The notes beneath the pieces were generated by a model. The model searched no databases, was not told the DNA's origin, and saw only the letters and a list, made by a program, of their open reading frames with translations. The translations under genes and the position numbers were made by a program. A stretch of DNA of 64,000 bases from an uncultured delta proteobacterium (lineage in GTDB: Bacteria; Desulfobacterota; Binatia; Binatales; Binataceae): the NCBI GenBank assembly GCA_963794325.1, contig CAWCDG010000004.1:608001-672000 (forward strand). Direction: 5' to 3'. Within the stretch, counting starts at the first letter, position 1. The number at the start of each line of letters is the position of its first letter. Positions 1 to 10,790 of the stretch are shown here, piece by piece.

Positions 1-721
1 GCTGGCGATCACCAATACGGTGGATTCGTCGATCGCGCGCAAAGCGAACGCGCAGTTGTACACGCGATGCGGTCCCGAGACGAGCGTGACCACCACCAAA
101 TGCTTTCTGACGCAGCTCGAGGCTTACTATCTGTTCGCGATTCATCTGGCGGCGCGGATGGGACGTATTTCAGAGGCCATTGCGGGCGACCTTTTGCAGC
201 CGGCATTGGCGATTCCCGGACAGATCAAAGCCATCTTCGAGAGCGAGCCGAATATTCAGCAGATCGCTCGCAAGTATGCGCAGGCGAGGGACTTCCTGTT
301 CCTCGGCCGCGGCATCAACTACCCAATCGCACTCGAGGGCGCGCTCAAGCTGAAGGAAATTTCGTACATCCACGCCGAAGGTTACTCGGCGGGCGAGATG
401 AAGCACGGGCCGATCGCGCTTATCGACGACAAGATGCCGGTGGTGGTGATAATTCCCAACGACGAGCTGTTCGAGAAGTCGATGTCGAACCTGAAGGAAG
501 TGGAATCACGCAACGGCCGGATAATCGCGGTGACCAATCATGCGACCGCCGAGCTCAAAAGCGTCGCCGCGGAAATTATCGAAGTGCCAACGACCAACCG
601 GATGCTGACGCCTGTCCTGATGACAGTGCCGCTGCAATTGCTCGCCTACCACATCGCAGTGGAGCGCGGCACCGACGTCGATCAGCCGCGGAATCTGGCG
701 AAGTCGGTGACGGTCGAGTAG
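1..721 (+). CDS. glmS: Glucosamine--fructose-6-phosphate aminotransferase, C-terminal SIS domains (5' end outside window)
   Basis: Motifs EGALKLKEISYIHAEG, EMKHGPIAL and the canonical C-terminus DVDQPRNLAKSVTVE. Confidence 0.97.
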   Translation, partial: LAITNTVDSSIARKANAQLYTRCGPETSVTTTKCFLTQLEAYYLFAIHLAARMGRISEAIAGDLLQPALAIPGQIKAIFESEPNIQQIARKYAQARDFLFLGRGINYPIALEGALKLKEISYIHAEGYSAGEMKHGPIALIDDKMPVVVIIPNDELFEKSMSNLKEVESRNGRIIAVTNHATAELKSVAAEIIEVPTTNRMLTPVLMTVPLQLLAYHIAVERGTDVDQPRNLAKSVTVE

Positions 722-725
722 GGGA

Positions 726-1340
726 TCAATTCGCCCGCAACATTCGTAGGCCGAATAGCAGGCGTTGTGCGCCGGTGACGATTTCCAGCGCGGCCATCGC
801 ATAGCAAAGTAGCGGGCCTACGGCGCGCAGGATCGGCGTGGCTTCGAGTGCTCCGAGCACTATGAAAAAAATTATCGCTTCGGTGCGTTCGAGGATTCCG
901 GGTGGGTACTCGATCAATTTTCTGCTCGGACCTTCCACCGCGGCGCCGACCGCCAGGAATATCGTGATGTTCACGTACCACGTCGCTACCAGGATTAGCG
1001 CCGGGAAATAGAGGGTGGGATCGCGCCATGCGATGCCGACGATTACGCATGCCTCGACCACGCGATCGGCCGACAGGTCGAGCACGCCGCCGAGCGGGCT
1101 CACGCTGGCGCATTCGCGCGCGATGGTGCCGTCGAGAGCGTCGAAGGCGGCGCTGAGAATCAACGCGGCGATCGCGAAGGCGGGGTAGCCGCGCGCGAAT
1201 GCGATGCCCGATGCGATGCCGGCGATCGCGGCAAGTATCGTCGCTACGTTGGCGCCGATGCCGGCGCGGAACAGCGCACGGGCGCATCGCGATTGCGCGC
1301 GCTTGATATCGGGATTCGCAGCGAGAATCGTATCGAGCAT
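726..1340 (-). CDS. CDP-alcohol phosphatidyltransferase family protein
   Basis: DALDGTIAR...GGVLDLSADR signature; hydrophobic; C-terminal ERTE motif. Confidence 0.9.
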   Translation of the reverse strand: MLDTILAANPDIKRAQSRCARALFRAGIGANVATILAAIAGIASGIAFARGYPAFAIAALILSAAFDALDGTIARECASVSPLGGVLDLSADRVVEACVIVGIAWRDPTLYFPALILVATWYVNITIFLAVGAAVEGPSRKLIEYPPGILERTEAIIFFIVLGALEATPILRAVGPLLCYAMAALEIVTGAQRLLFGLRMLRAN

Positions 1341-1432
1341 CGGTTGTTTCGGTCCGCCTGCGCAAAGAATTAAGCTAGAGAGTCGTGGAACCCGCGACCA
1401 AGGTTCCAGACGAAAGACGCATTGGCAAGGGC

Positions 1433-2239
1433 ATGACTAGGACATTGAAACGGCCATTGACGGTCGCGGCGTTCGCGATCGTGCTGGCGGCTGCGTGCAC
1501 GCGGACCGCGTTTTCATCGGAAGAGCTCAGCTTTCCGCCGACCAGTTTTGCGATTCTTAATCCCACTACGGGCGTTGCGATTGGGCGCGCCCGCTACCGC
1601 GTTGAGGGCGCACTCGATGGCGGGATTTTGCGCGGCGAGAATGGATATTACGACGGCCAGACTGACGTTGAGACCGCGCATCTCCAGTTCGCATCCGGCG
1701 GGCAGCCGAAGCTGACCGAATTCGATCACACCTACTACAACCCCGACAAATCGATCCTGAAACGTGCGCACGTGGACCTGAAGACGGGTGTCGCGACTTG
1801 TATCGACAACTCGGCCGGTCAAAAGAGCGAGCAGTCCGCGGTGCTGACTGTCCCGGACGATACCTGGGCGGGCGCGAGTATCGTGATTCCGATCCAGAAT
1901 TTTTTGCGCGCGGGCGACAAAGGCATCAGCCGTCCGCTGCATGCGTTCAGCTGCGCGCCGACGCCCAAGATATTTTCGATCAGCGTGGATATCGATCCGG
2001 GCCCCGCGGTATGGACGACCTACGGCGCAGAGGCGATGCGAGTCGAGGTGCGGCCGGATTTCGGATTACTAAACCTGATTATCTCGGCTTTCGTGCCCAA
2101 GCTGCACGCGTGGTTCGATCCGGCGCACGGGCTGGACTTCATCGGCGACGAAGCGGCGCGCTATTACAAGGGCGATCCGATCATGCTGGTCAAGCGGCCT
2201 GCTATCGACGGACACGATGGCACGCACCCAGCGAAATAG
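1433..2239 (+). CDS. Exported hypothetical protein (possible lipoprotein)
   Basis: Signal-like N-terminus (VLAAACTR); long ORF with typical codon usage; no recognised domain. Confidence 0.7.
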   Translation: MTRTLKRPLTVAAFAIVLAAACTRTAFSSEELSFPPTSFAILNPTTGVAIGRARYRVEGALDGGILRGENGYYDGQTDVETAHLQFASGGQPKLTEFDHTYYNPDKSILKRAHVDLKTGVATCIDNSAGQKSEQSAVLTVPDDTWAGASIVIPIQNFLRAGDKGISRPLHAFSCAPTPKIFSISVDIDPGPAVWTTYGAEAMRVEVRPDFGLLNLIISAFVPKLHAWFDPAHGLDFIGDEAARYYKGDPIMLVKRPAIDGHDGTHPAK

Positions 2240-2260
2240 CTGAATCGGTTCTGAAAAAAT

Positions 2261-2476
2261 CTAAAAGTGGACGATGCCTTCGCCCTCGACGTGGCGGGCG
2301 CTCTTCGCGGCTTTGGGCTTTCGATACAGAAACGAAGTCTTGCACTGCGGACAGGTGCCTTCGGGCTGTTGGCCGCTGCGGCGAACCAGTTTGACGTAAC
2401 GCACGGTTCCGTCGTCGCACAGATGACCGGCGACGGGGAAATCGTACACGGTGCGGACCGTGATTTTCTCGCTCAT
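2261..2476 (-). CDS. Small hypothetical protein, possible zinc ribbon
   Basis: 71 aa with HLC...CPQC; GAGGAG upstream. Confidence 0.6.
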   Translation of the reverse strand: MSEKITVRTVYDFPVAGHLCDDGTVRYVKLVRRSGQQPEGTCPQCKTSFLYRKPKAAKSARHVEGEGIVHF

Positions 2477-2654
2477 TATTCTGCTCGTGCTCCTCAGGTC
2501 GTTAGTCTCGCTCGTCCATGGTTACGCACGACGATTTTTTTCGTTTCATCCCTCGACCGCGCGCCGAAAATCAAACTTGGATTAAACACCATATTGAAAT
2601 CGCGCCGCGGATCAATCTTTTTGACGATCGATTTCCAAAAAAACTTCACAACGA

Positions 2655-5427
2655 TCAACGCTTAGCGCGCACTTCGAACGTCACGATCTCGAACGGCTTG
2701 AGTTCGATTGTGATCGCACCATCGCGCGAGCGCTTGAGACCGGCGCGCTTAACGGGACGTCCCGCGAGATCGACGAGACGCGCGCGCCCACTGGCGGAGA
2801 AGGTGAATCGAGCGGTCTCCGGCGTCGGCGACGCGCTGTAGACGCGCACTTTGTAGGAGTTGGCGCGGGCGAGCGGGCGAGCGGTGGAAAAAATTACTTT
2901 GGAATTGTTGCAGGATAGCAACAACGCGGCATCGCGATCGTCGCGGCGGCCGGAAAAAATTCGCGGCGGTGACGTGTACGCCTCGACGCGCTGGACCAAA
3001 TCGCCTCCCAGATAGCTTCCGCTAAAGGTGGCGACCGCAAATTCGAAGTGATGCGCCCCCAGCTCCTGGGCGTCGGGCGTCTCCAACTCGGGTCCGGCGC
3101 CGCCGCGACGCGTCGCCAGGTCGGAACGCGATAGCCACCCGACGCATCGGAGCAGAGTCAGGAGAATCGTCGTCGCACCCGGATGCTCGGGGCGCGCCTC
3201 GACCTCGAGGATGCCGCGGCTGGCCAGCGCGGCCGAGAATTCGGCGCCTTCGACGGCGGTGAACGTACGATGTGGCACGGTGGGATAGATGTCTTCGGTG
3301 CCACGCGGCTCCGAAGGCGAGAGCGGGCGCCGGATCATGCCGAAACTGGTGTCGTGCACAGCATCGGTGGCGACGACCGGCGTGCGCAGGGCGGCGCGCA
3401 GGCGATGGTCGCGCGCACGATTCGTGACGTCGGCGATGAAATCGACTCGGTCGAGACCCTGATAGAGCGTCGCGGTGAGGACGACCTCCAGTTTCTCGAA
3501 TTGCGGCGAGCGAGCGCTTCTGTCGGAGGCGAGCGATGCCGGAACGTCAAACGTCATCGCGAGCTTGATACGCTGGCGCACCGGGCCGTTGTCGATGACG
3601 CTGGCAACGAACGAGGTGGGTTTGGCAATTACTGCGCCGTTGTCTACAGGATCGTAGTTGTACTCGTCGCCGCGATCGCCTTCGTCCTCGAAATACAGTT
3701 CCATCGACGTGTTGCGCTTGAGATCGCGAATCTCCAGGCCGCGCGGCGTCGGCGTCAGACGGAAAAATTCGTTCTCAATCGACGCGGCCGGCTTGGGACT
3801 ACACCGGCAAGGCGGCGGAATCGTCGCGGACGATTCGGTAGAAGCTGAATCCCGTTTGCGCGAGTTCGTCGGCGACGAAACTGAGCGCGCATCGCGCTGC
3901 GCTGATTGCGTGAATGCGCACCGATCCCGAATCCGGAATGCGCGTGCGAATCGCGTGCCTGAACTCGTCGAGATCGAGATCGCTGAACGCAGCGCGGCTC
4001 ATGAAAAGGTTCACCTGCGAACGCCCGTCGGTCGTGCTCACGATCTCGTAGCGATTCACGGTGCGGCCAAACATGGACGGCTGACTCAGGCCTCCGACGA
4101 TCGATTTGAATTCAGCGGCCGGCATGTCGGCATCAAGCGCTCGCTCCGCTCGGGCGACGTCGATCTCGGCCGGGATTCGCCGGCCATCAGACGTCTCGAC
4201 TGCATACCTCACACCCGGATCGGCAACTTCGGTCTCGCCGGTCACGAGTGCGGACTGCGAAAACGTTGGGTTGAAGACCGCGATTTCGGACGCGTCGACA
4301 TTGCGAACATCGAGGCATGCCGCTGCGGCGCGGCGCACCGTGGTCTCGGCCAGCATCGCGGCCTGATCGAATCGATAGCGCATGTCGATATGCACCTGAT
4401 CGACCGAGCATCCGCAAATCGAATCGTGAGGATGGTTCTGAATTTCCGTCCGCCACGCCATCTCGAGAAACTCGTCAAGGCCGGCGCCGCGCCCGACCGC
4501 GTTGGCCAGCGCCGCGAGCGGATCGGCGAAGCGCTCGAGCGCGCGGCAGTTCTCGAAGTCGCGCTGCTTGATCCACGTGCGCGCTGAGGTGACGCCGGGC
4601 AACAGATGCGATCGCGACGGCGAGCGCAGTTCGCCGCGATGACGCGGCGTGCCGTCGAGCGGAAGATCGGCGAGTCGGCGTACGTAGTTTTCGAGCGAGC
4701 CGGTCTCGAAGGTCATCGCGGAAATCTCGCGCGCCTCGTTGATTCTCTCTGAAAGGCGCGCGTCAGGCGGCGCGTGATCAGTACCGTTCATCACGAGGAT
4801 CGGCGTGCCGGCGGCGAAGTCGCGCTCGCGGCTCGCAATCTGTTCAGCGCGCGCGACGAAACTGTCGACCGTTTCGAGCGGCAGATTCGCGCCGTTCGAG
4901 TAACCGTTCGGCAGATAGACCGTCAGCACTGAACTGCCGTCGAGCGCCTCCCACGTGAAGCGATTGCGATTCACGTCTGCGCCGACGCCGCGCCACAAGA
5001 CCGCGGTCGTGAATCCGAAGCCGGCGAGAATTTGCGGCATCTGCCCGATATGGCCGAACTGATCGGGCAGATAGCCGACGTCGAGCGGGCGGCCGAAGCG
5101 GCGCGCGATCGCCATCCCGATTTCGAGATTGCGGATGAGCGATTCGCCGCTCACCAGGAAACTGTCCGCGAGGACGTACCACGGGCCGACCTGGATTTTG
5201 CCCGCGCGAATCAAGTTGCGCAGCCGCGGCTCGGCGCGCGGGCGCATCTCGAGATAGTCGTCGAGCACGATCGTCTGGCCGTCGAAGTGAAACGACGGGA
5301 TCGTGCCTCGCTCGACCAGCGGGATCATGCGATCGGCCATAGCAACCAGCCGCGCGCGCATCTGCTGAAACGGCTGATACCATTCGCGATCCCAATGCGT
5401 GTGAACGACGAAGTAGAGATGATCCAT
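2655..5427 (-). CDS. GH38 alpha-mannosidase / mannosylglycerate hydrolase-like, split by a +1 frameshift near 3800
   Basis: HTHWDREWY, FDGQT, GPWYVLAD, PDQFGH, HDSICGCS and C-terminal DxGDEYNY, LTLLRCVGWL; the downstream frame continues as PKPAASIENEFF. Confidence 0.9.
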
Positions 5428-5438
5428 AACGGTGCGCC

Positions 5439-5885
5439 TCAGGCGGGACGGCGTGGGACGAGAATTTTGCGGCGCAGGACCATTATCCGTTCGCCGCGTT
5501 GATTGAGCCCGCGCGTCTCGACGTATATTACGCCGCGATCGCTCTTCGATTTCGACGCTGTCGTCTCGAGCACCGTCGTCTCTGCGTACAGCGTGTCGCC
5601 GGCAAATGTCGGCCCGGTGTGACGCACCGATTCGTACTCGAGATTCGCGATCGCATTCTCGCTCACGTCCTTCACGCTCATGCCGACCACCGTCGCCATC
5701 ACGAGCAGCCCGTTGACCAGCGGCCGTCCGTGCTGCGTCGTCGCGGCATAGGCGGCGTCGAAATGAAGCGGGTTGGTGTTCATCGTCATCAGCGTGAACC
5801 AGGTGTTGTCGAAGTCGGTGATAGTGCGGCCGGGCCAATGCTTGAAAGTCTGGCCGGCGGTGAAGTCCTCGAAGTAGCGATTCAT
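5439..5885 (-). CDS. MaoC-family dehydratase
   Basis: YFEDF, RTITDFDN, NTNPLHFD motifs. Confidence 0.92.
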   Translation of the reverse strand: MNRYFEDFTAGQTFKHWPGRTITDFDNTWFTLMTMNTNPLHFDAAYAATTQHGRPLVNGLLVMATVVGMSVKDVSENAIANLEYESVRHTGPTFAGDTLYAETTVLETTASKSKSDRGVIYVETRGLNQRGERIMVLRRKILVPRRPA

Positions 5886-5961
5886 GCGAATGCGGTGCCC
5901 TGTCGGGAATTATACGACAGTCGCGCCGGTTGCAATTGATTATGCTAGCTTCGACGAATCG

Positions 5962-7449
5962 ATGGCACTGCGACTGACAAAACTGCTCATCGCAAATCGG
6001 GGCGAGATCGCGCTTCGGATCATCCGCAGCGCGCGCGTGTTTGGCCTCAAAACTGTCGCCGTCTATTCCGCAGCGGATGAGAAAGGCACGCACGTTGCCG
6101 CGGCTGACGAGGCGATAGCGATCGGCCCGGCCGAGGCCGCGAAGAGCTATCTCAATATCGCGGCGATAATTTCAGCCGCAAAACAATCCGGCGCCGACGC
6201 GATTCATCCGGGCTACGGATTTCTCTCCGAGCGTCCCGAGTTCGCGCAGGCAGCGGTCGACGCGCAGATAGTATTCGTCGGGCCGAGGCCGGACGTGATG
6301 GCGGCGCTGGGCGACAAGGTCGCGGCACGGCGAATCGCGGTCGCAGCAGGAGTCCCGGTGGTGCCGGGAATAGAGACCGCGGAAATTGCCGCGGCGCGCG
6401 AGTTCGCGGCGCAAGTTGGATACCCGATTCTCATCAAGGCTGCCGCCGGAGGAGGCGGGCGCGGGATGCGAGTGGTCGCGGAAGCCGCGCAGCTCGAGAC
6501 CGCTCTGGAAGCGGCTGCGCGCGAGGCGAGCGCGGCATTCGGCGACGGGCGGATATTCATCGAGAAGTATCTCGCGCATCCGCGTCATATCGAAATACAA
6601 ATTCTTGGCGACGAATTCGGCAACGTCGTCGCGCTCGGCGAACGTGATTGCTCGATCCAGCGGCGGCATCAAAAGATTATCGAGGAGTCGCCCGCGCCCG
6701 GACTTTCCGCCGAGCTGCGCGCGAAGATGATTGACGCCGCCCTGAAACTCGCGCGCGCAGCTCACTACACCAACGCAGGCACCGTCGAGTTTCTGGTCGA
6801 GGACGACAACTTCTACTTCCTGGAAGTGAATGCGCGCCTGCAGGTGGAGCATCCCGTGACCGAGATGCGTTTTGGATGCGACTTGGTGTGCGAGCAATTG
6901 CGGATCGCGGCGGGCGGTAAGCTGTCGGAGCCCGCGACTCCGCGCGGCGCTGCAATCGAATGCCGAATCAACGCCGAGGATCCCGAGCATGACTTCCGTC
7001 CCGCGACCGGAACCGTGCTTCATCTGAGCGTCCCCGGCGCCCCGGGCGTGCGCTTCGACTCGCATTTGGCGCGCGGGATTGAAGTGACGCCGTGGTACGA
7101 CGGCTTGCTGGGCAAACTGATTTGCTACGGCGCGAATCGAGAGGAGGCGCGCACACGGCTGGTCGACGCGCTCGACGAATTCGCTCTGTGCGGCGTGACC
7201 AACAACGCGGCATATCTTCGCGATATCGTTGCGAGCGATCAATTTCGCGACGCGAAACTCTCAACCCATTTCATCGACGAATTTTTTTCTGGGTGGAAGA
7301 TCGATGCCGCTGAAATCGATGCGGCAATCGTCGCCGCTGTGATTACTGCCGAACGCTCACAGGTCGAACACGCCACCCGCAACAGCAATGAGCGGCGTTC
7401 GCCGTGGGACGCTCTCAGCAACTTCGAGCTGTGGGGATCGCGGCGATGA
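5962..7449 (+). CDS. Acyl-CoA carboxylase, biotin carboxylase subunit
   Basis: ANRGEIA, HPGYGFLSE, GGGGRGM, RDCSIQRRHQK, EVNARLQVEHPVTE. Confidence 0.95.
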   Translation: MALRLTKLLIANRGEIALRIIRSARVFGLKTVAVYSAADEKGTHVAAADEAIAIGPAEAAKSYLNIAAIISAAKQSGADAIHPGYGFLSERPEFAQAAVDAQIVFVGPRPDVMAALGDKVAARRIAVAAGVPVVPGIETAEIAAAREFAAQVGYPILIKAAAGGGGRGMRVVAEAAQLETALEAAAREASAAFGDGRIFIEKYLAHPRHIEIQILGDEFGNVVALGERDCSIQRRHQKIIEESPAPGLSAELRAKMIDAALKLARAAHYTNAGTVEFLVEDDNFYFLEVNARLQVEHPVTEMRFGCDLVCEQLRIAAGGKLSEPATPRGAAIECRINAEDPEHDFRPATGTVLHLSVPGAPGVRFDSHLARGIEVTPWYDGLLGKLICYGANREEARTRLVDALDEFALCGVTNNAAYLRDIVASDQFRDAKLSTHFIDEFFSGWKIDAAEIDAAIVAAVITAERSQVEHATRNSNERRSPWDALSNFELWGSRR

Positions 7450-7976
7450 AGCTCACGCGCGCGGGTGACACTCACGAAATCGACGTCGAGGTGGTCTCGC
7501 GCGACGGCAGTACGATTCGCATGCGCATCGGCGATAGGGAAATCGTTGCGGAGTTCACGCCGAATGCAGACGGCGGAGGGATTCTTGCGATCGACGGTCG
7601 CCGCTACCCGATTTTCGGCGCGCGACGAAAGGAGTCGATCCTCGTGTCGGTCGGGCCCGCGTCGTTCGAGTTCAAGCCGGTCGAAGCGGCTGCGCGCCGC
7701 CGCTCGCGCGGGCTGGCCGCCGCGGAAATCACCGCGCCGATGCCTGGCAAAGTGCTCAAGGTGCTCGTGCGCGACGGCGACATCGTCGAGGCGGGGCAGC
7801 AGCTGGTCGTGATCGAGGCGATGAAAATGGAAACGACGCTGGCTGCCGAAAGCGCCGCGATTGTGAAACGGGTTTGCGTCCAGGAGGGACAGACTGTCGA
7901 TCACGGCGCGGTGCTGATCGAGCTTAGTCCCCCTCCGGCTTCATCAGGTCGCGAATCTGCGCCCCCAGATTCTTGA
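7446..7976 (+). CDS. Biotin carboxyl carrier protein
   Basis: APMPG...EAMKM biotinylation motif; ATGA overlap with upstream gene. Confidence 0.92.
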   Translation: MKLTRAGDTHEIDVEVVSRDGSTIRMRIGDREIVAEFTPNADGGGILAIDGRRYPIFGARRKESILVSVGPASFEFKPVEAAARRRSRGLAAAEITAPMPGKVLKVLVRDGDIVEAGQQLVVIEAMKMETTLAAESAAIVKRVCVQEGQTVDHGAVLIELSPPPASSGRESAPPDS

Positions 7977-8157
7977 TCCAATCCTCGAAATCACCGTCGC
8001 GCTCGACGACTATCTCCAGCTTGCCGTTCTTCAAAATCGAAATGCGACCCGGATGCTCGGTGCGCAGCGGAATCTCGACCGCCTCGCGCGAGATCCCCAT
8101 CGGATCGATCACCGCGAAGATTCTTTCGATTTCTTTCAGCGTGACGGCCTTGAGCAT
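7924..8157 (-). CDS. Small hypothetical protein
   Basis: 77 aa ORF with globular composition; GAGG upstream. Confidence 0.65.
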   Translation of the reverse strand: MLKAVTLKEIERIFAVIDPMGISREAVEIPLRTEHPGRISILKNGKLEIVVERDGDFEDWIKNLGAQIRDLMKPEGD

Positions 8158-8250
8158 TTTTTTACTGCGCCTCGTGCAAGTACGCTCTTTACTTAAATTG
8201 TCAGCGTCGTAAGCTCAAGGCGCGGCGCAATCTGGTTCGGGAGGGATGGC

Positions 8251-8454
8251 GTGTTCGGAACAATCAAGAAAGTAGTCAAGGACAAGGGCTTCGGCTTCAT
8301 AATCGCGGACGATGGCGGAGACGAAGTTTTTTTCCATCGCTCGGCGCTGTCGCCCAAGGTCTACTTCGACGACCTGCGCGAGGGCAACGAAGTTCAGTTC
8401 GACGTCCGTCCGGGTGAAAAGGGACGCCAGGCATTTAACCTGCGCCTGCGATAA
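8251..8454 (+). CDS. Cold-shock domain protein
   Basis: KGFGFI (RNP1) and VFFH (RNP2); GGAGG before a GTG start. Confidence 0.95.
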   Translation: MFGTIKKVVKDKGFGFIIADDGGDEVFFHRSALSPKVYFDDLREGNEVQFDVRPGEKGRQAFNLRLR

Positions 8455-8455
8455 T

Positions 8456-9979
8456 TCATCGAGTGAACGCGAACCAGCGCTTCATCAGGCCCGCGACGAA
8501 TGGAGTGAGCCGCGTGCGCGTGTAGAGTCCGGCGGCGCGGCGAATCGCGTCGGCCTGCGTCGGGTACGGATGAATCACGTCGCCGAGTGTGCCGAGTCCC
8601 ACGCCGGCTTTGATCGCAGTCGTGAGCTCCGAGATGATCTCGCCCGCGTGACTCGCGACAATCGTTGCGCCGACAATGCGATCGCTCCCCTCTTTCACGA
8701 GCACCTTCACGAAGCCATCGGTTTCTCCGTCCAGCACCGCGCGATCGACTTCTTTCAGCTCCTGCGTATAGGTCGCGACCGCGATTCCGCGCTGCTTCGC
8801 CTCGGCTTCGTAAAGCCCGACGTGCGCGATTTCAGGATCGGTGTAGGTACACCATGGAATAGTCAGTTGGCTCGCACGCTGGCGTCCGAAGAACAGGGCA
8901 TTGCGCAGGATGATGCGTGCGTGTGCATCCGACAGATGCGTAAATTTGTACGGCGATGCAACGTCGCCGCCGGCGTACACGAGCGGATTCGTCGTGCGAA
9001 GATGGTCGTCGACCTTCACCCCGTTCTGCTTGTCGTATTCGATCATCGCGGCTTCGAGATTCAATCCCTCGACCGCGGGCACTCGCCCGACGCCGATCAA
9101 TATTTGGTCGGCGACAATCTCGCGCCGGACACCGTCGCGCTCGGTCGCGATTATTTTCTCACTGCCGCGCGACTCGACGCCGGAAATTTTGCATCCGGTG
9201 ATGATTTCCACGCCGTCGCGGACGATCGCGCGCTCGACCCACTCGGCGGCATCGCGATCCTCGCGAATCAGAATTTGCTGCGCAACTTCCAGTAAAGAAA
9301 CCTGAGCGCCGAATCGCGCGAAGGTCTGCGCGAGTTCGCATCCGATCGGCCCGGCACCAATCACAACAATCCGCCGCGGTAACTCGGTCAGCGAAAAAAC
9401 CGTCTCGTTGGTCAGGTATCCGGCCTCGGCCAGACCAGGAATCGGCAACGCGGCGGCGCGCGCTCCGGTAGTGATAGCGGCTTTCTTGAATTTGAGCCGC
9501 TTGCCGTCGACTTCTACGACGTCAGGCGCGACGAAGCGTCCGTCGCCGATAAACACGTCGACGCCGAGCCCGCGAAATCGATTTGCAGAGTCGGTCGGAC
9601 TGAGCTCGGTGCGAATCTTGCGCATCCGCTCCATCACGGCCGGAAAATTCACGCGCACGCCCGGCGGCACTTCGACGCCGAAGCCGCCTGCGTCGCGAAC
9701 CGCGGCGGCGGCGCGCGCCGAACGGATCAGCGCCTTCGACGGGACGCATCCGAAGTTCAGGCAATCGCCGCCCATCAGGTCGCGCTCGACGAGCGCAACT
9801 TTCGCGCCAAGAATCGCGGCACCCGCTGCCGTCACGAGGCCCGCGGTACCCGCGCCAATCACTACCATGTTGTAGCGGTCGGCAGGCGTGGGATTTACCC
9901 ATCCACTGGGATGCAGATTTTCCGTCAGCGCGAGGTTGTATGCGTCGAGCGGCTCATGCTTCAGCGCGTGCGATCCCAT
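8456..9979 (-). CDS. Pyridine nucleotide-disulfide oxidoreductase (MerA/Lpd-like family)
   Basis: GAGTAG, GGDCLNFGCVPSK redox disulfide, GAGPIG, HPYPT. Confidence 0.9.
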   Translation of the reverse strand: MGSHALKHEPLDAYNLALTENLHPSGWVNPTPADRYNMVVIGAGTAGLVTAAGAAILGAKVALVERDLMGGDCLNFGCVPSKALIRSARAAAAVRDAGGFGVEVPPGVRVNFPAVMERMRKIRTELSPTDSANRFRGLGVDVFIGDGRFVAPDVVEVDGKRLKFKKAAITTGARAAALPIPGLAEAGYLTNETVFSLTELPRRIVVIGAGPIGCELAQTFARFGAQVSLLEVAQQILIREDRDAAEWVERAIVRDGVEIITGCKISGVESRGSEKIIATERDGVRREIVADQILIGVGRVPAVEGLNLEAAMIEYDKQNGVKVDDHLRTTNPLVYAGGDVASPYKFTHLSDAHARIILRNALFFGRQRASQLTIPWCTYTDPEIAHVGLYEAEAKQRGIAVATYTQELKEVDRAVLDGETDGFVKVLVKEGSDRIVGATIVASHAGEIISELTTAIKAGVGLGTLGDVIHPYPTQADAIRRAAGLYTRTRLTPFVAGLMKRWFAFTR

Positions 9980-10000
9980 CGATTGCCTCTGCTCCGGATT

Positions 10001-10711
10001 TCAGGTTTTCTCGCGCAGGGCCCGCGCGCCGATTCGCGTTGCATACACGACGACCGCGACCGTCGCGACGAATCCGACTGCGGTGAACGCCCATCCGGCA
10101 GGCGTTCGATGGGCGCTGCCCCCGGCTGCGCGCGCGAGGTCGCCGCTAAGTGAGCCGATGTACACGTAGAGAATCGTCGCCGGAATCATTCCGATCCACG
10201 ACGCGAAAAAGTAGTCCCGCAGTGATACGCTGGTCAGCCCGTACGCGTAGTTGAGCAGGTTGAACGGAAACACCGGCGACAACCGCGTCAGGATGACTAT
10301 CTTCCACGCTTCCCTGCCGACTGCTTCGTCGATCGCCCTGAACTTCGCATTGCCCTCCAGTTTTTCACTGACCCAATCGCGCGCCAGGTAACGACCCACG
10401 AGAAACGCCGCCGTCGCCCCAAGCGTCGCGGCAATCGAAACGTAGATCGAGCCGCGCACCACGCCGAAAATCACGCCACCTCCGATCGTCATGATCGATC
10501 CGGGAATAAACGCCACGCACGCCACTATGTAAATCGCGATGAACGCGACCGGCGCCAGCGCGCCCAGCCCACGAATCCAATCGAGCGCATTGGTCAGCCA
10601 TGGCCCCGCTCCGACCCGATGCGCACCATAAAGGATCGCAATTACAGCCAGCACGAACAGCAAAATCTTCGGGCGAAAAATACCGGCGAGTCGGCTGGAC
10701 GCGGTGGTCAT
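10001..10711 (-). CDS. TVP38/TMEM64 (DedA/SNARE-associated) membrane protein
   Basis: RLSPVFPFNLLNYAYG signature. Confidence 0.92.
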   Translation of the reverse strand: MTTASSRLAGIFRPKILLFVLAVIAILYGAHRVGAGPWLTNALDWIRGLGALAPVAFIAIYIVACVAFIPGSIMTIGGGVIFGVVRGSIYVSIAATLGATAAFLVGRYLARDWVSEKLEGNAKFRAIDEAVGREAWKIVILTRLSPVFPFNLLNYAYGLTSVSLRDYFFASWIGMIPATILYVYIGSLSGDLARAAGGSAHRTPAGWAFTAVGFVATVAVVVYATRIGARALREKT

Positions 10712-10790
10712 CTTGAGGGTCCGGCGATTGCGAGCTTCGCGGGCGCGGACTGCTTATAATGCCATCGAGGATTGTGTAATCCTAATCCGC

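Noticed and set aside
3790-3810. Programmed frameshifting or phase variation at the split genes
   Set aside because: No slippery heptamers or long simple-sequence repeats at the shift sites.
3799-6093. 764-aa ORF as a single protein with a long N-terminal extension
   Set aside because: The upstream part overlaps the MaoC and carboxylase genes in other frames; GH38 motifs start at the ATG at 5427.
8456-9979. Mercuric reductase MerA
   Set aside because: No C-terminal Cys-Cys pair, no N-terminal HMA domain and no mer genes nearby; this is the common TVP38-linked oxidoreductase.
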